64,000 nt of DNA from Amoebophrya sp. A120 (Eukaryota > Protista > Dinoflagellata), in contig CAJINV010000004.1 in NCBI GenBank assembly GCA_905178155.1, positions 4,644,518 through 4,708,517 on the forward strand. Reading direction: 5' to 3'. The notes below the pieces were generated by a model. It saw only the letters and a program-made list of their open reading frames with translations. It was not told the DNA's origin and ran no database searches. A program made the position numbers and the translations under genes. Of this stretch, positions 26,056 to 37,906 are shown piece by piece; position 1 is the stretch's first letter, and every line of letters starts with the position of its first letter.

Positions 26056-29000
26056 ATGAAGCGCGTCCTTCAGAAAACCTCCGAACACCTTGCGGACCGA
26101 ACCGGTCCACGCATTTGTGTCCTCGGAGACGAACTCGCTGGGTTAGCGACCGCTTTTCTGCTGCGGGAAAAGCTACCACACGCGGAGGTGTTTCTGATTG
26201 GTTTTAGCTCTGGTGTGAATCGCCGGGTCGGGTCACGAAGCGAGTGGTTCCGGGCGAGGACGGGGAGAGATGTTGCGGATTGCCAACAGCGCGCTGCTGA
26301 AGGCGAATATGAAGCAACGCGAACGCGAGCCGGTACCCTTCATCTGCAGCAGCTGTGCGACAGACCTGGCAGGAGCACTGTGCCTCCTTCACCTTCTAAG
26401 ACTTCTGTACAACATCTGCAGAAAGCCAGTTCGGCCGAGAACTACATCACCGGTAGTTATTTCCTTCTGGAAAGTGGCATGTACTCGTCCATTACGTGCA
26501 ACCGCGCAGGGCGGGAGGCGTTGGGATTGGTAAAACGGCTGAACGTCGCGCATCACTTACGCCTCGCCGAGGCCAAACCCTCGTCGAAATACTACTGCAA
26601 ACTCGACCGCAGGAAGCTTTCCTGGACGTTTTGGCTGTGGGATAGCATAAGGCTTGCCCTCTCAAGTAGTAGAGCCGGAAGCACCTTAGACGGAGAAGCT
26701 GCAAGTAGGTCTTCATCTTCTACTTCGCCCCTCCTGCCACTGAGCGTCGTCCCACCTGCTGCAAGAACGTCTACTCGAGGAACAACGCCCTCAGTTGTTA
26801 CCACCTGCAGTGACAGAACTACGTCGTGGAATATAGTGGCAGAAGCTCCTGCTTGTCAAAGGGGTCAACATGATTTGGCCTGCTCTTTTGTCCTCCGCGA
26901 CCCGCTCTCGGCTCGCGGCGTTTTCCGTTTTGGAATCTCGTTTCTCAGCGATCTGGTCCGACCGCGGATGTTGTTCCAGTGGAAACGAGATCTGGTCACG
27001 GGAATGGAAACCCTCTGGAGAGCGATATTTGCGAAGATGAACGTGGCACTAACTAGTGACGGGTTGATATTCAACAAGCTCCTTAGTTCGCTGGCTGCAA
27101 AGACAGCGAGGAGACACGACGAGCCCCGTGAATTTGCGCTGGCAACGGCAGGGGTCCCGGCAGATGTTGGAGCAAGCAGTACTGGGAGTTCATCAAATTC
27201 TGATGTCTTGTCGCGGACCTACAACTCAACAAGCGATGGCGTTTTAGGACTCTTTCGAAATAAATCTGGAGCCGATGGTACCTGCAAAAATGATGATGTG
27301 ATCAGAAGTACCTCCAACGTGGTTGCTCCCGCTAACGGACAGCTCGTCGAAGTACCAAAATTTGCTTCCGCCAAGGGATCAGAAGTACCAAAGGAAAAGG
27401 TCTCTTCCGCCACCCCCATAATTGAAGATGCAACGACCTCTATAGCAGGTCCGGAACTCACTGTGCGTGATTTTTTCCAAGAACGGTTTGGGGCCGGTGT
27501 AGCTCGGAATTTGCTGGACGCCGTGGTACACGCGCAATATGGAGTGAAAGAAGGCCGCGCGGCGGCCGCAACTACATCTACAAATCATGCTGGAGCAAGC
27601 CCATCAAATTCAATACACATCTCGCCCCGCCACTGTTTTCCGCGCATCTACGCAAATTCGCGATTCTACAGTCGGTACCTGGGCTCCGTGCTCCTCGGCG
27701 GATTTTGGAGCTTGTTCCACCCGAACAGAAGCTGGCTCTGCCTCTCGGCCTGTGACCCGCTCTTGCTGCAAGTGCTGCACACGAAGGGGCGGTGCTACTC
27801 GTTCGTTGGCGGCCTCGAGTTCCTCGCGAAAACCCTGGAATGGCGCATCGCGACGCGAGCGATAGGAGAGTCTTCATTAAGAGCTTCCTCTTACCACCAC
27901 GAAAGAATTCTATCGAGGTTGGCGGCGCCTCATGGTGTGCCACGACCATCGTCAACGGGACAAAAAGAAAACGAAGAAACTGCTGCCTGTTCATCCAGTG
28001 CTCAGGCGGTCGGTCGCGAGCTGCAGACAACACAAAGAGAACAGAGGCAGACCACTACAACGCCTACAACCATACGCCAGGACGAGTCTCGTCTTATAGA
28101 TTCGACAAGCGCACCGCCTGGCCAAGAAAGCACCGACATCACAGACATCTTGCGGATCTGTACGTCGACACCGGAACAAGTGGACCACGACCATTACGAT
28201 GCCCTTTCCAGCGTGCGGCGAACGAAATTTGCAGTCGCTTATCGCAATGACGCTCTAGATGGGGACTACCTGGCCCGGTTGAAACAGGATCTGAAATTCT
28301 CAGATCATACCCAAGCGCAGCAGGAGACGAGGAGAAAAAGCGATGTTGTATCCCAGTCTTGTTCACGAGCGAGGACTTCTGCAAGAGATGCATCCCTGCA
28401 GCTCGAGGACAGTTGTCGCATTTCCAATGGCAATGCGCACCAGAGTTCCGTCGAATCCGAGGACGACGCGGCGCACCGGCAACGCCAATGCCCTCAAGAG
28501 CATTTTGTCAAACTACGAGGAGACAGAAGGCTAGAACAAGATAACGTGAAGGATCGTGAAGCATCTAGTGGGCCGGAAGATCATGGGACAAACACGACGC
28601 CGAGCTCATCTTGGACTGAGATTCGGGACGTGGATTGTCTCGTGTCCGCTCTACCAGCGCAGGAGACTGCAAAGCTCCTCCTCGCGATGGAACCGGAAAG
28701 AAGTTGTAGGCCGGACGTCGACAACATACAGAGAAATGAAACACAACAAGCACCAGGGGACGATGCAGATCTCAGACCGACACCGGTTGCTCTGAAGGCT
28801 CTCCGGGAACTGGGTGCGAGCTTGCGTGATCTGCAAACGGTGGCCTGCAGCGTCGTCTCGCTCTTATGGACGGAAAAGCTAAAGCCAAAGCTTCTAAAAG
28901 GCGGAGGTTACTATGCGGCATCGAGTTCCACAGTCTCTTCCGCTACTTTTCATTCGAGGCTGTTCCCACCCCTACGTCGGACGACAGTTACTGTTACTAT

Positions 29001-29514
29001 GGGTGATGTTGTTGGGCGAGCGGTGGATGGACGCGGAAGCGAGCAGGGAAATGTGAACACGAACACTGCTGGAAGAACGGCAGGCATTGGAGATGTCATT
29101 CAGTTCTTCGTACCCGAAACGATCCCGGGCACACGGCACGAGAACGAAGCTACTGCAGCAAGGGGTCCCACGTTGTACAATGGCGGGAATAGTACAACAA
29201 AAATTGCGGGACCACACAATACTAAGCTCGCGGACCACGAGTATGCCTGCGGCATTGGTGCCGAAGAGGCACAGCAATTTCTCAAAATTCCGCACCCCGC
29301 CGACCACTCCACTTCCACAGCCCACAAGTACGCCTTCCCCGTCTACGAGGCGGAGACGCACACGAAGCTCCTGCGTCAGGCGGTGCGCTGCGGCGCCGCG
29401 GCGAATTTTCATGTGGTGGGGCGAAGTTACCATGGTGTCTCTCCAGCGGAGGAGGTGGTCGCAGCACGAAAGCTTGTCGACCGGATTTCTGGCAGGTTCG
29501 GAAATAGCGTGTAG
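26056..29514 (+). CDS. PPOX: Divergent, insertion-expanded protoporphyrinogen oxidase (HemY/PPOX family)
   Basis: Collinear PPOX-like blocks: RICVLGDELAGLATAFLL, TVRDFFQERFGAGVARNLLDAVV, YSFVGGLEFLAKTL, AFPVY, FHVVGRSYHGVSPAEEVVAARKLV. Single 1152-aa ORF. Confidence 0.75.
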   Translation: MKRVLQKTSEHLADRTGPRICVLGDELAGLATAFLLREKLPHAEVFLIGFSSGVNRRVGSRSEWFRARTGRDVADCQQRAAEGEYEATRTRAGTLHLQQLCDRPGRSTVPPSPSKTSVQHLQKASSAENYITGSYFLLESGMYSSITCNRAGREALGLVKRLNVAHHLRLAEAKPSSKYYCKLDRRKLSWTFWLWDSIRLALSSSRAGSTLDGEAASRSSSSTSPLLPLSVVPPAARTSTRGTTPSVVTTCSDRTTSWNIVAEAPACQRGQHDLACSFVLRDPLSARGVFRFGISFLSDLVRPRMLFQWKRDLVTGMETLWRAIFAKMNVALTSDGLIFNKLLSSLAAKTARRHDEPREFALATAGVPADVGASSTGSSSNSDVLSRTYNSTSDGVLGLFRNKSGADGTCKNDDVIRSTSNVVAPANGQLVEVPKFASAKGSEVPKEKVSSATPIIEDATTSIAGPELTVRDFFQERFGAGVARNLLDAVVHAQYGVKEGRAAAATTSTNHAGASPSNSIHISPRHCFPRIYANSRFYSRYLGSVLLGGFWSLFHPNRSWLCLSACDPLLLQVLHTKGRCYSFVGGLEFLAKTLEWRIATRAIGESSLRASSYHHERILSRLAAPHGVPRPSSTGQKENEETAACSSSAQAVGRELQTTQREQRQTTTTPTTIRQDESRLIDSTSAPPGQESTDITDILRICTSTPEQVDHDHYDALSSVRRTKFAVAYRNDALDGDYLARLKQDLKFSDHTQAQQETRRKSDVVSQSCSRARTSARDASLQLEDSCRISNGNAHQSSVESEDDAAHRQRQCPQEHFVKLRGDRRLEQDNVKDREASSGPEDHGTNTTPSSSWTEIRDVDCLVSALPAQETAKLLLAMEPERSCRPDVDNIQRNETQQAPGDDADLRPTPVALKALRELGASLRDLQTVACSVVSLLWTEKLKPKLLKGGGYYAASSSTVSSATFHSRLFPPLRRTTVTVTMGDVVGRAVDGRGSEQGNVNTNTAGRTAGIGDVIQFFVPETIPGTRHENEATAARGPTLYNGGNSTTKIAGPHNTKLADHEYACGIGAEEAQQFLKIPHPADHSTSTAHKYAFPVYEAETHTKLLRQAVRCGAAANFHVVGRSYHGVSPAEEVVAARKLVDRISGRFGNSV

Positions 29515-30062
29515 GCGTGGAGCTCGTCCTTGGAAAACAGAAGCAGCGCTGCGCGGACGTGTTTTTTCTGCAAAAGGAAATACAAATATCCGCGTGTGTA
29601 TATTACATGGGAGAACTCTTTTTGCAAAATAAACATAAGCTGTCGCCGCGAAAAGAACCACGCTTTTATTTCGCTGAATGTGTGCAGCTGCAGCTACAGC
29701 TTCCCCGATCATAGAGTGGGTCAATTAAAGAATTATGACGCTTGCATTCATGATCCACATCCCCTGGCCAGCGCCAGGAAGATTGAGGGCTTCTTCGCAT
29801 TGATGTTCTTCAAGCTGTGATGTTCTGTGAAAATATTTTGTTTGGCGGTCCTGTTTCCGATCGGTCTATGTAGAGGAACGCCGGGCAACGTGAACGCCAC
29901 TCGACGATGTGTACAGTAGTAACAAACTAGGGGGAGCAGCACCAGCATTGATCACCAGATATAGAAGATGTACAAGAAGTTGCTCTTCAATTCCTTTCCA
30001 TTTTGTCAGCAGCCTATTTACAAATAATCTCGAGTGGACTTCATCAAACCCCAACTTCTACC

Positions 30063-31611
30063 ATGTCCCCCGAAGTGACAGTCTTCTTCGCGACCTGGAA
30101 CCAGGATTCCGTTGCGTTTCGAGATGCGATCAAAGCGCAAGTGGCGGACCAGCACGAGGACCACAACCAAAATCTTACCTTCACCGACGTCGATACTCTC
30201 GACGAGGACCTGGACGAGCTCTTCCCAACGTCAGATAAGCTCGCCTCCAGCGACGAAGATTATTTGGCGCTCCCCTTCGCCGAGCTGAAACAGGACAGCG
30301 TGTCGATTTTAGTCCCCAGAGCAGAGATTTTTTCGGAAGCGGCGGTGTGTGCTGACAGTGCTTCAGCAGCTGCTTCCGGAGCAGGAGGTCCTCGTGCGGG
30401 GAATGTCAAGATTGACTTCGCCTCGACCGCCCACCGCTTTCTCAATACGATTTTAACGCAGAAAGACCCGGGAAACGCGGCCCGCGAGAAGTACCGACAG
30501 GCCGCCCTGGGCGTGGACGTGGTGGGCGGGGCCAGCAGCGGGTGCTGCAACCCGGGACGGGACTTCACGGCGGTTTCCCGGCAACTGGGCTACACGGATG
30601 CCGACATGGCAGCGAACCAGGAGGCCAACCTGGGTCTCGGGTGCGGCAACCCGCGGGACTTCGCCAAATTGCTTCCCGGGGAGACGTATGTATTGCAAAA
30701 GTATCGTACTCGTATAAATGCATTACAAATTTCCTCAGCATGAGAAAGTGAAAGAAAATTTGTAATGCGGACTTGCCTTAAGAAAAGTTTTCATGATTGC
30801 AATACGAGCGTGATGCTTTTGGACAGGATACGACGGTCATGGACCTCGGGTCGGGGGCGGGCTTCGACTGCTTCCTCTGCAGCGACGTGGTGGGACCGAC
30901 GGGTAAAGTGATCGGAGTGGACATGACACCCGAGATGCTTGCGAAGGCCCGGGCGATTTTGGCGCAGAAGAAGGACAAGGAGATGATAACGATGGCGAAT
31001 CAGGAAAGCGAAAGTACGAATCGCCAGTCTCCTCATGCAATATTAAACGTCGAGTTTCGACTCGGGGAGCTGGACAACCTGCCGTGCGGCGACGGGCTGG
31101 TCGACTGCGTGATTTCGAACTGCGTGATCAACTTGGTGCCCGACAAGAAGCGGGTCTACGGCGAAATGCTGCGCGTCCTGAAGCCCGGGGGCAGGATTGC
31201 GGTCTCCGACATCGTATGCATTGCAAAAGTATCGCACTCGTATAAATGCATTTCATTAAATTTCCGCAGCATTAGATAGAAATGAAATTTGTAGTGAGGG
31301 TTTACCTTGAGAAAAAAAATAATGCATGACTGCAATTACCACGAGTGCGATACTTTTGCACAGGATACCTCGTGAAGCTGTCGGCAAAGGAGCTGCCCAC
31401 GGCCCTGAAGTCGGACGAATCCTACGCCTGCTGAGTCGGGGGCGCGGTGGGAGTCACCGCGCTGCAACAAGACCTGGAGGACGCGGGTTTCGCGGCCGTT
31501 CAGGTGCTGATCAAAGAGGAAAGTCGAGAGGTTATCGCGGGCTGGCTACCGGGCAGTGGAGCCGAAAAGTACGTCGCCTCCGCACAAATTACGGCCCAGA
31601 AGCCGTTGTAA
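30063..31611 (+). CDS. arsM: Arsenite S-adenosylmethionine methyltransferase (ArsM/AS3MT family), predicted selenoprotein
   Basis: Exons 30063-30686, 30836-31214, 31373-31611. Motifs [12 protein letters not shown]|[31 protein letters not shown]|V, YAC(TGA)[19 protein letters not shown]. Stop TAA 31609-31611. Confidence 0.92.
30687..30830. mobile_element. Introner family B, reverse orientation
   Basis: TATGTATTGCAAAAGTATCG...TGATGCTTTTGGACAGGATA; DR AGACG/CGACG; splits the SAM-binding motif PGET|VMDLGSG. Confidence 0.94.
31215..31367. mobile_element. Introner family B, reverse orientation
   Basis: TATGCATTGCAAAAGTATCGCACTCGT...ACGAGTGCGATACTTTTGCACAGGATA; DR CATCG/CCTCG; spliced SDI|VKL. Confidence 0.95.
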
Positions 31612-32760
31612 CGTCTGCTCAGAGAAAAGTCGTTCCGCAAAGTTCTGTTGACGAGGAGCTGCAGCAGAAAATGTGCCATTCGTGGCTCGTGCTTTTTCAT
31701 CAACACTCGAATCAAATGCAAGAAGTACAGCTCCTTCACAGCTTCAAATAATATCGTGGCGTTTTGTTTTTTTTTCCAATCAAGTACAGACAGTGTATCA
31801 GTGACAATTCATGCTGGTTGTGTATCCTACTAGAAAGTGAAGTAAGCCAAAGGACCTGAGTAAGTGACAATCAGCCATGAGTTTGATATTCTTCACGCAA
31901 CCATGATCATCAGGATCTATTAGAAAACGGAAGGCACCGTGTGGCTTTCGTAAAAGACACTACGAAGGAGCAATCATCAAGTTGCTAAACTCACGTGAGT
32001 AGTTTTTAATTATTTTGATTTCGAGCAGGAACGGCAAAGCAAGAGGAACGAACCTGCAAGGAAGAAAACCCGACAGCGAACTCCTACTGACATTTTATCG
32101 TTATACGTGCCAAGAAATGTTGCGTTGGCGTTGATTTCCGCCTGGTCGGGATCCCAGTGGACAAGCCCAAGTGGTTTTCTTTTCGTAAAAAAAGAAGAAC
32201 TCGCATTTTTGTGCTAGCGGGCTTCCTCCTTCTTGCTGGTACATCATTTCGTTTTCATTCTCTTCGACGTATGGTTGAGTGAAGACACTGACTTGTTTGA
32301 TGAGAGCTTCAAGAGCAGCCCGGGAGCGGTTGCAGGCCTTTTCTCTTTGATTCGCTGATTTTATTTTTGCGTGTTTGATGTGCTCGCTTTCACTCGACGT
32401 AAATAAACTAACTGATTCGGCCAGATAAACCTCGTGGTCCGCTAATATTTATTTTTGAATTTTTTCGCCGCCGTCGTAGCATCACAACAAACTACGCGAG
32501 GCCCCCTGCTCGTGTTTTGGCTTATCCGGTGCGCCCTATGCAAGCAGGTCACAACTGTTGCTGCTGCCATCCCAAAGAGAGCGAGGGCGTAGCCGCAGCT
32601 ACATTAAGTGCACAGTTCTTGTTGATGAAGAACTTAAAGTTATCGTCCGGTAAGTGTTGTTTCTTGTAAGTGCACTTGCATACTTAACAAGGATAAGTAA
32701 CAAACGGTAAAAACCAGCTCCCACAAGTAACAAACGCCACAGAACGATCATCACAAGAAC

Positions 32761-34663
32761 ATGTTCGTCCGAGGTTTAGACGTGTCGCCGCCGCAGCGGG
32801 CCCTGAACGGGGGTCGGGAGACCATGACAAACCTCCGGGCGCTGAACGTTCCCTCGCTGTTCACGGGGAAAACTGGGTGTAGTATTCCCAGTCTGCAACA
32901 TTTTCTCCGGGACGACGAGCGGCTTGGTATAGATTCAGTCATATAGAGAAGATCAAGATTTAGCCACATACAACGTAGAAACATTTTCATCTATGCTTGG
33001 CTTCTCTTTTCACAATAAGAATAAACGTTGAAACTTTTTTACCACCTGCACTTCGTTTATCCAAGCTGGACCGCCACTGAGCAACATGCATCCACAACTA
33101 CAGATCCGAAGGAAACCCGCACCAGTTTTTTGTCACGGGACCGCAAGGTCGCGAAAAACGTGGTGTTTGGCACGATGGCGCGGCCCTGTTCGCTGCCGAC
33201 CTTGAAACCGATGGTCTTGGACGAACTGCAACAAGATTACACGTCGTCCGCCTCCCCGAAAAAGACGCGGCCACGAGCCGCCGGGGGCAGCCCGCCCAGG
33301 GTAAGCGTGTAGTAGGTCGTGTGTGTGTGTTTTGCTGGCGACCTAGACCACCTTTTCTTCGGTTTATTACAACAACATCAAGAGTTATCGAGGATCATGG
33401 CCATTGGATGTATCTATGCATTGTAAGTACTACGTGGCGACTCCGACTGCGATCGCGATTATGCAATTCTGAACCAAGTCCTTCTCTATTTCTTGAAATG
33501 ACCTCACTACATCGCAGGGTTTCGTCCGCCAATGGGTGAACGTGCGACAGCAGCTGCGTCAGTTGAACGGCGAGGTCGCGGTGCCCACGAGCCAGGAGCG
33601 CTTCCCCTGCGTTTCCCACACCCCGGGCCCAGGGACCTACGATCTCGTGGCGGAGGCCGCACCCGTGTTGACAATCGGGGGCAGCAGTGGTGCGTCGTCC
33701 TCGTCTACCGGTTCGAATCACCAAGGACAATTATATCAAGGTGCTGGGGCGAGCTCCATTGGCGGCGGAGCAGGTTCAAGTACTATCGGCGGCTCGTCGT
33801 CATCGGGCTCAGGTTCATCATCTTCTTCATCGTCAAAAAGCAAAGCGCTTCCGTCGTACACGCCAGAAGACCCCCTGGCGCACAAGTTCGCGGAAACGAA
33901 GAAGAAATTGTTGCACGGCCGCGACAAGACCGAATTCCAGTGCTTCGGCAGCTTCGCGGACCGGGGGCTGAGCGCCAGCCCCTTGAAGCAGCACGAGAAG
34001 AAGCAGAAGCCGCGGAGAAGCAAAAGCAAGAACACAACATCTTCCAATTACGTCCCCGTCACCGGGGCCGCAGGAGGCGGCACAAACACAAACAGCAACA
34101 ATAGTTTCATGCCTTCCTACTACACCATGACGCAAATGGGCAACGGCGGCGGCCAGAACAGCTCGTCGCAGCTATCGCCGTCTCTCAACAACTTCGGCGC
34201 GCCGTCACCGGGACCAGCTGCATCCGCTGCGCTCCAGAACAACGGTCCGGCATACTCGTCACCGCCGCATGCTGGGGGAGGGAAAAATGGAGGCTCATCT
34301 CTGGGTAAAAACCATCCGCCCAAGCAAGTAGCCGGCGTGCCCGCATCCCTCATGCCGGCGCCGGCGTTCCAGATCCACGGCAAGCCGAGCCCTCACCGAG
34401 GAAATCTGGACCGCAGCAAGATGGGGCTGATGCAGCCCGATTTTTGCTTCGACGACCACGACGGCAACCCCACAGGAAACAACAACTACAGCACGCCTTT
34501 TGTCTTCGCCGCGGAGGGCAGCAAGGCTGGGATTCAGCAGCCGGAGCAGCAGCCAGTGGGGCGGCGAATCTCGGAGGACACCAAAAATCGGTTTGAAATT
34601 TCCATGAACAAGTCCAAGTTCCCGCGCCCGGATATCGCGAATTTACCATACGATTTGAGTTGA
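32761..34663 (+). CDS. Hypothetical protein with one PGPGTY (SHIPPO/ODF3-like) motif
   Basis: Exons 32761-32926, 33104-33300, 33518-34663 joined by GT-AG introns 32927-33103 and 33301-33517; motif TPGPGTYD. Confidence 0.65.
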
Positions 34664-37600
34664 AACGAACCTCCCGCGATGTACTTCCATACCTACGTAA
34701 AGGTAAAATGAAAATGAAATAAATAAAAAGCACTCTGCCCAGTTTCGTCAACCAGTTGTCCACCACTGTATGATGGCCGTGGCCCCACCAGGCGACAGCG
34801 TTCTACAGATAAAGTGTTGTTAGAAGAATTCAGTTGGGCCATAGTGGAACAAAATTCAATGAACGCAATGCAACGATGTGGCTCGCCTTTCTATAAGAGT
34901 TGTGCACAGTGATGTCCTGCTCAGTGACGCCCGAGCAACAGAGGTGGGAATATTAAACAAGAGGTGTTAGAGCAAGTCGCGCAACAAGGTTGCCGCCGGT
35001 TGTATGGGATAGGCAGTGGACAAAACATTAAGCCGCTCCCACGAATGTTCGCGTGCTGCGATAAGAAAAAGTTCTTGATGCTGCTGATGGAACATGTTTT
35101 TTTTTCGTTTCACCGATCCATTGCTGAAAGATCCCTTCTGATCCTCGATACGTTTGCTTCATGATCCGCGCGACCTGTTTTGGTACATGAGTTTTTCCTG
35201 CTCAAGAAGTGAACGCTGTGCAAAGCTGAACAGGTGGCAGCGCTCTGCAGCCCCTACGCCTACGCCACAAGCACAACTACCTTGAACAGATGTAGCGTAC
35301 TGGCGTGAAGATCTCAACAAGCGTTCTGGTGCTCTTTCCTGAGTAGTGGCCCCGACTGCTTGATGATGTTGCTGGCTGGTGATTTTCAGCTGGTCAAGGG
35401 AGCATCGCTGTTCTTCCTAAAAGCGTCGAGACTAGACATATGACTTCAAAAGCGACAACATTACCACTTGGCTTCCTTTACTGCAGCATGATTCGCATCT
35501 AATTTGATTTGTTTGATGTCATTGTCAAGACCAAGAGTAAGAGCAAGATGTTTTTGCGACATGTTATAAATATTTATCGCGCGCTAGCGCTACGTCGAGT
35601 ACGAAGCACTAGCTGTACCGGGCGGCGACATCTAGAATGAACACGACAAGATGAACTACTTACGAATTGAAAACAACTTCACACGTATAACAAAATTGAA
35701 AAGCCAAAAAAGCGGCTGCCGCCATCGGCACATCGCGACGCCACTGGTCCCCCCGGCTGTGCTGGGAGCGGAACTCATCAAATTACGATCTATCTCAATG
35801 TGTCGACAACTCATTCTCTTCTGGAGCTCGGCGTAACGACTCGACACAAAAAAGGGACCGACTTCGAGGTAGCTACCCGTGGCACAACCCTTGCTGTGCA
35901 GCACCGACTGCGGAAAACGTCTGCGGTTGTTGCAAGGGTGAGCACGACCGCGTCGACCGAGGATTAATTATTGACCCAGCCGCACGACCAGGACCGTGAT
36001 AGTGGTATGATTCAAATTCTCCGACTACACCTAGAAATCAAAGAAGTGCCTGCGATTATTGCCTTTTCTCTACGTGAAACTGCAAGGAAGTCGAAATTTT
36101 TATAATCACCCCAATCGCTAAACGCTATCGCGTTTATCCACTCCGAACGTCCCTGCATTTATACGGATCGGAAAAACAAAAAAAATGAACATATCCTGTA
36201 CCAGGTACTGGAGTGTAGATACTCCGAGTTTCCATTCCCTTACAACACGAGCCCGAAAATAAGTAGGCCGCTGAACGAAAGGCGTGGCGCGTGGTAACCC
36301 TAAGGCTGCGTGCTTTGTTGAATCCGTGCAGGGATAAAAGCCTGGTTTGTGAAGCTGGTGGAGGCGGAGGCAAGCCTTTTGAAGTGCGCTGCTGTGGTCA
36401 GGGTCACCAACATCGTATTTCTTTTGTGATGAAGAGGACTCATATTTAATTTTACCAGACGCGTGTGTAAGTTTCCGTAATGGAGGCTCTCTACACCAGA
36501 GGACCTTCTCCCAGCTTATGCTCAACGTCAACACAGGTAGTTCAACGTGTACACCTCTACGCGTTTCGTTCAACTCGCTACGCGTGCTCCCACACCACAC
36601 GACTTGGAGCGCTCTTGTCGCCGCCCTGGTCTGGAGCACCACGCACCGCCTTGGCGGGTGCGGCTAGTCGACTCTTTGGAGGTGCGACCAAGCATATTTG
36701 ACGCACGGGCTCGTAATTAAGTACGGGAGACGGAGGACACGGGAACCATCGCACAAGCATTCATGAATGACAATCGTGATCATGTATGAACTTCAAAGAG
36801 AGTTTCATTTTTTTTTTTACCAACATAGCATTGGCACTGTCGAAATGCATTCCTTCTCACGTATACATGGTTGCGTGCCTCTAGTACAACTAGCATGGTA
36901 GAAGTGACGAGACAACAGATTTACCACATAAAACTAGCAGCTCAACAACTTCCACTCTAGGTACGAGTCGGCCGGTCTGAATTTTTTACTTGGTCTCCAA
37001 GACGACTTCATCTGAAGGCTTATTCTTGGAGGTCGTCGACGCCACAAGGCGTAGTCTTAGAGCTCGTCGACGCCACAAGAAGAACTCCAGTCGCGTTTGT
37101 AAAGGAGCTGGAGTGCGACGGGTGAGCATTATACATAGATATTCGAGAACAGCGACGTATCACCCGCTACCGACTTGTTCGAGAACTACAACCGAAGAAC
37201 TTGATTGCCATTTCGCTTTGATGAATATAGAATCATGTGCGAGGTCACTTCGTAATCATTGTTCATGAATATTATCTTGGAAAATAAGTGGTCATTCACC
37301 CATGTATCAGGTGCATCCAATTTATTACAACGAGGAGAACCTCCGCCGTTTTTCTTCTCGTGCGTGAACACGAGCCAGATTCTGGCTGGAACTAAAAACG
37401 CGTGCCAGAGCTGCTATAAAACCTCTCTGCTCGTGCTGTCCAGGATCACGTTGAAGGGCAGCAAGGCTGTGAAGGAGAACGAGAACGACACTAAGGCAAA
37501 TACCATATCCGAGGCGGGGGACTCTCGTAACATTTTCATAATTTTTTGAATAGAGATAACAGGAATAAATTGGTGTAAAAGTAGATAAAGTGATGAATTT

Positions 37601-37906
37601 CTGCTAGAATAGAAAAAAAACTCCTGTTCCTCGATGCTTTTGCTAGTCAGACAGACGATTCATAATTTTCAGGTACGGCGGGCCGCTCGTCGTAGGTCCG
37701 TTGGAGGGCGGTGTTTCGCCTGGACCTCCTGGAGCCCGTAGATTGCAACCCCATTATTTTCATCTCCACCAAGGAGAAGTGTGCAGGTGCAGGACAAGAC
37801 CGCATATTACTTAATAAGACCATCTACAACACGCAAGTCGGAGCACCATCCGGCTTTTTTTTGAGACGAGGAGGAAGCGAGGACCACGACAACTACTTGG
37901 AACACG

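Noticed and set aside
31646-31705. 3' UTR hairpin (TGTTGACGAGGAGC...GCTTTTTCATCAACA) as the SECIS
   Set aside because: It lacks the 3' GA of the non-Watson-Crick quartet, so it is not called without a SECIS search.
32928-33065. Apparent non-canonical intron
   Set aside because: Canonical GT-AG intron 32927-33103 gives in-frame RL|DPKETR.
36118-36642. 174-aa minus-strand ORF as a gene or transposase
   Set aside because: No recognisable motif, non-ATG start, and against the strand of all other genes.
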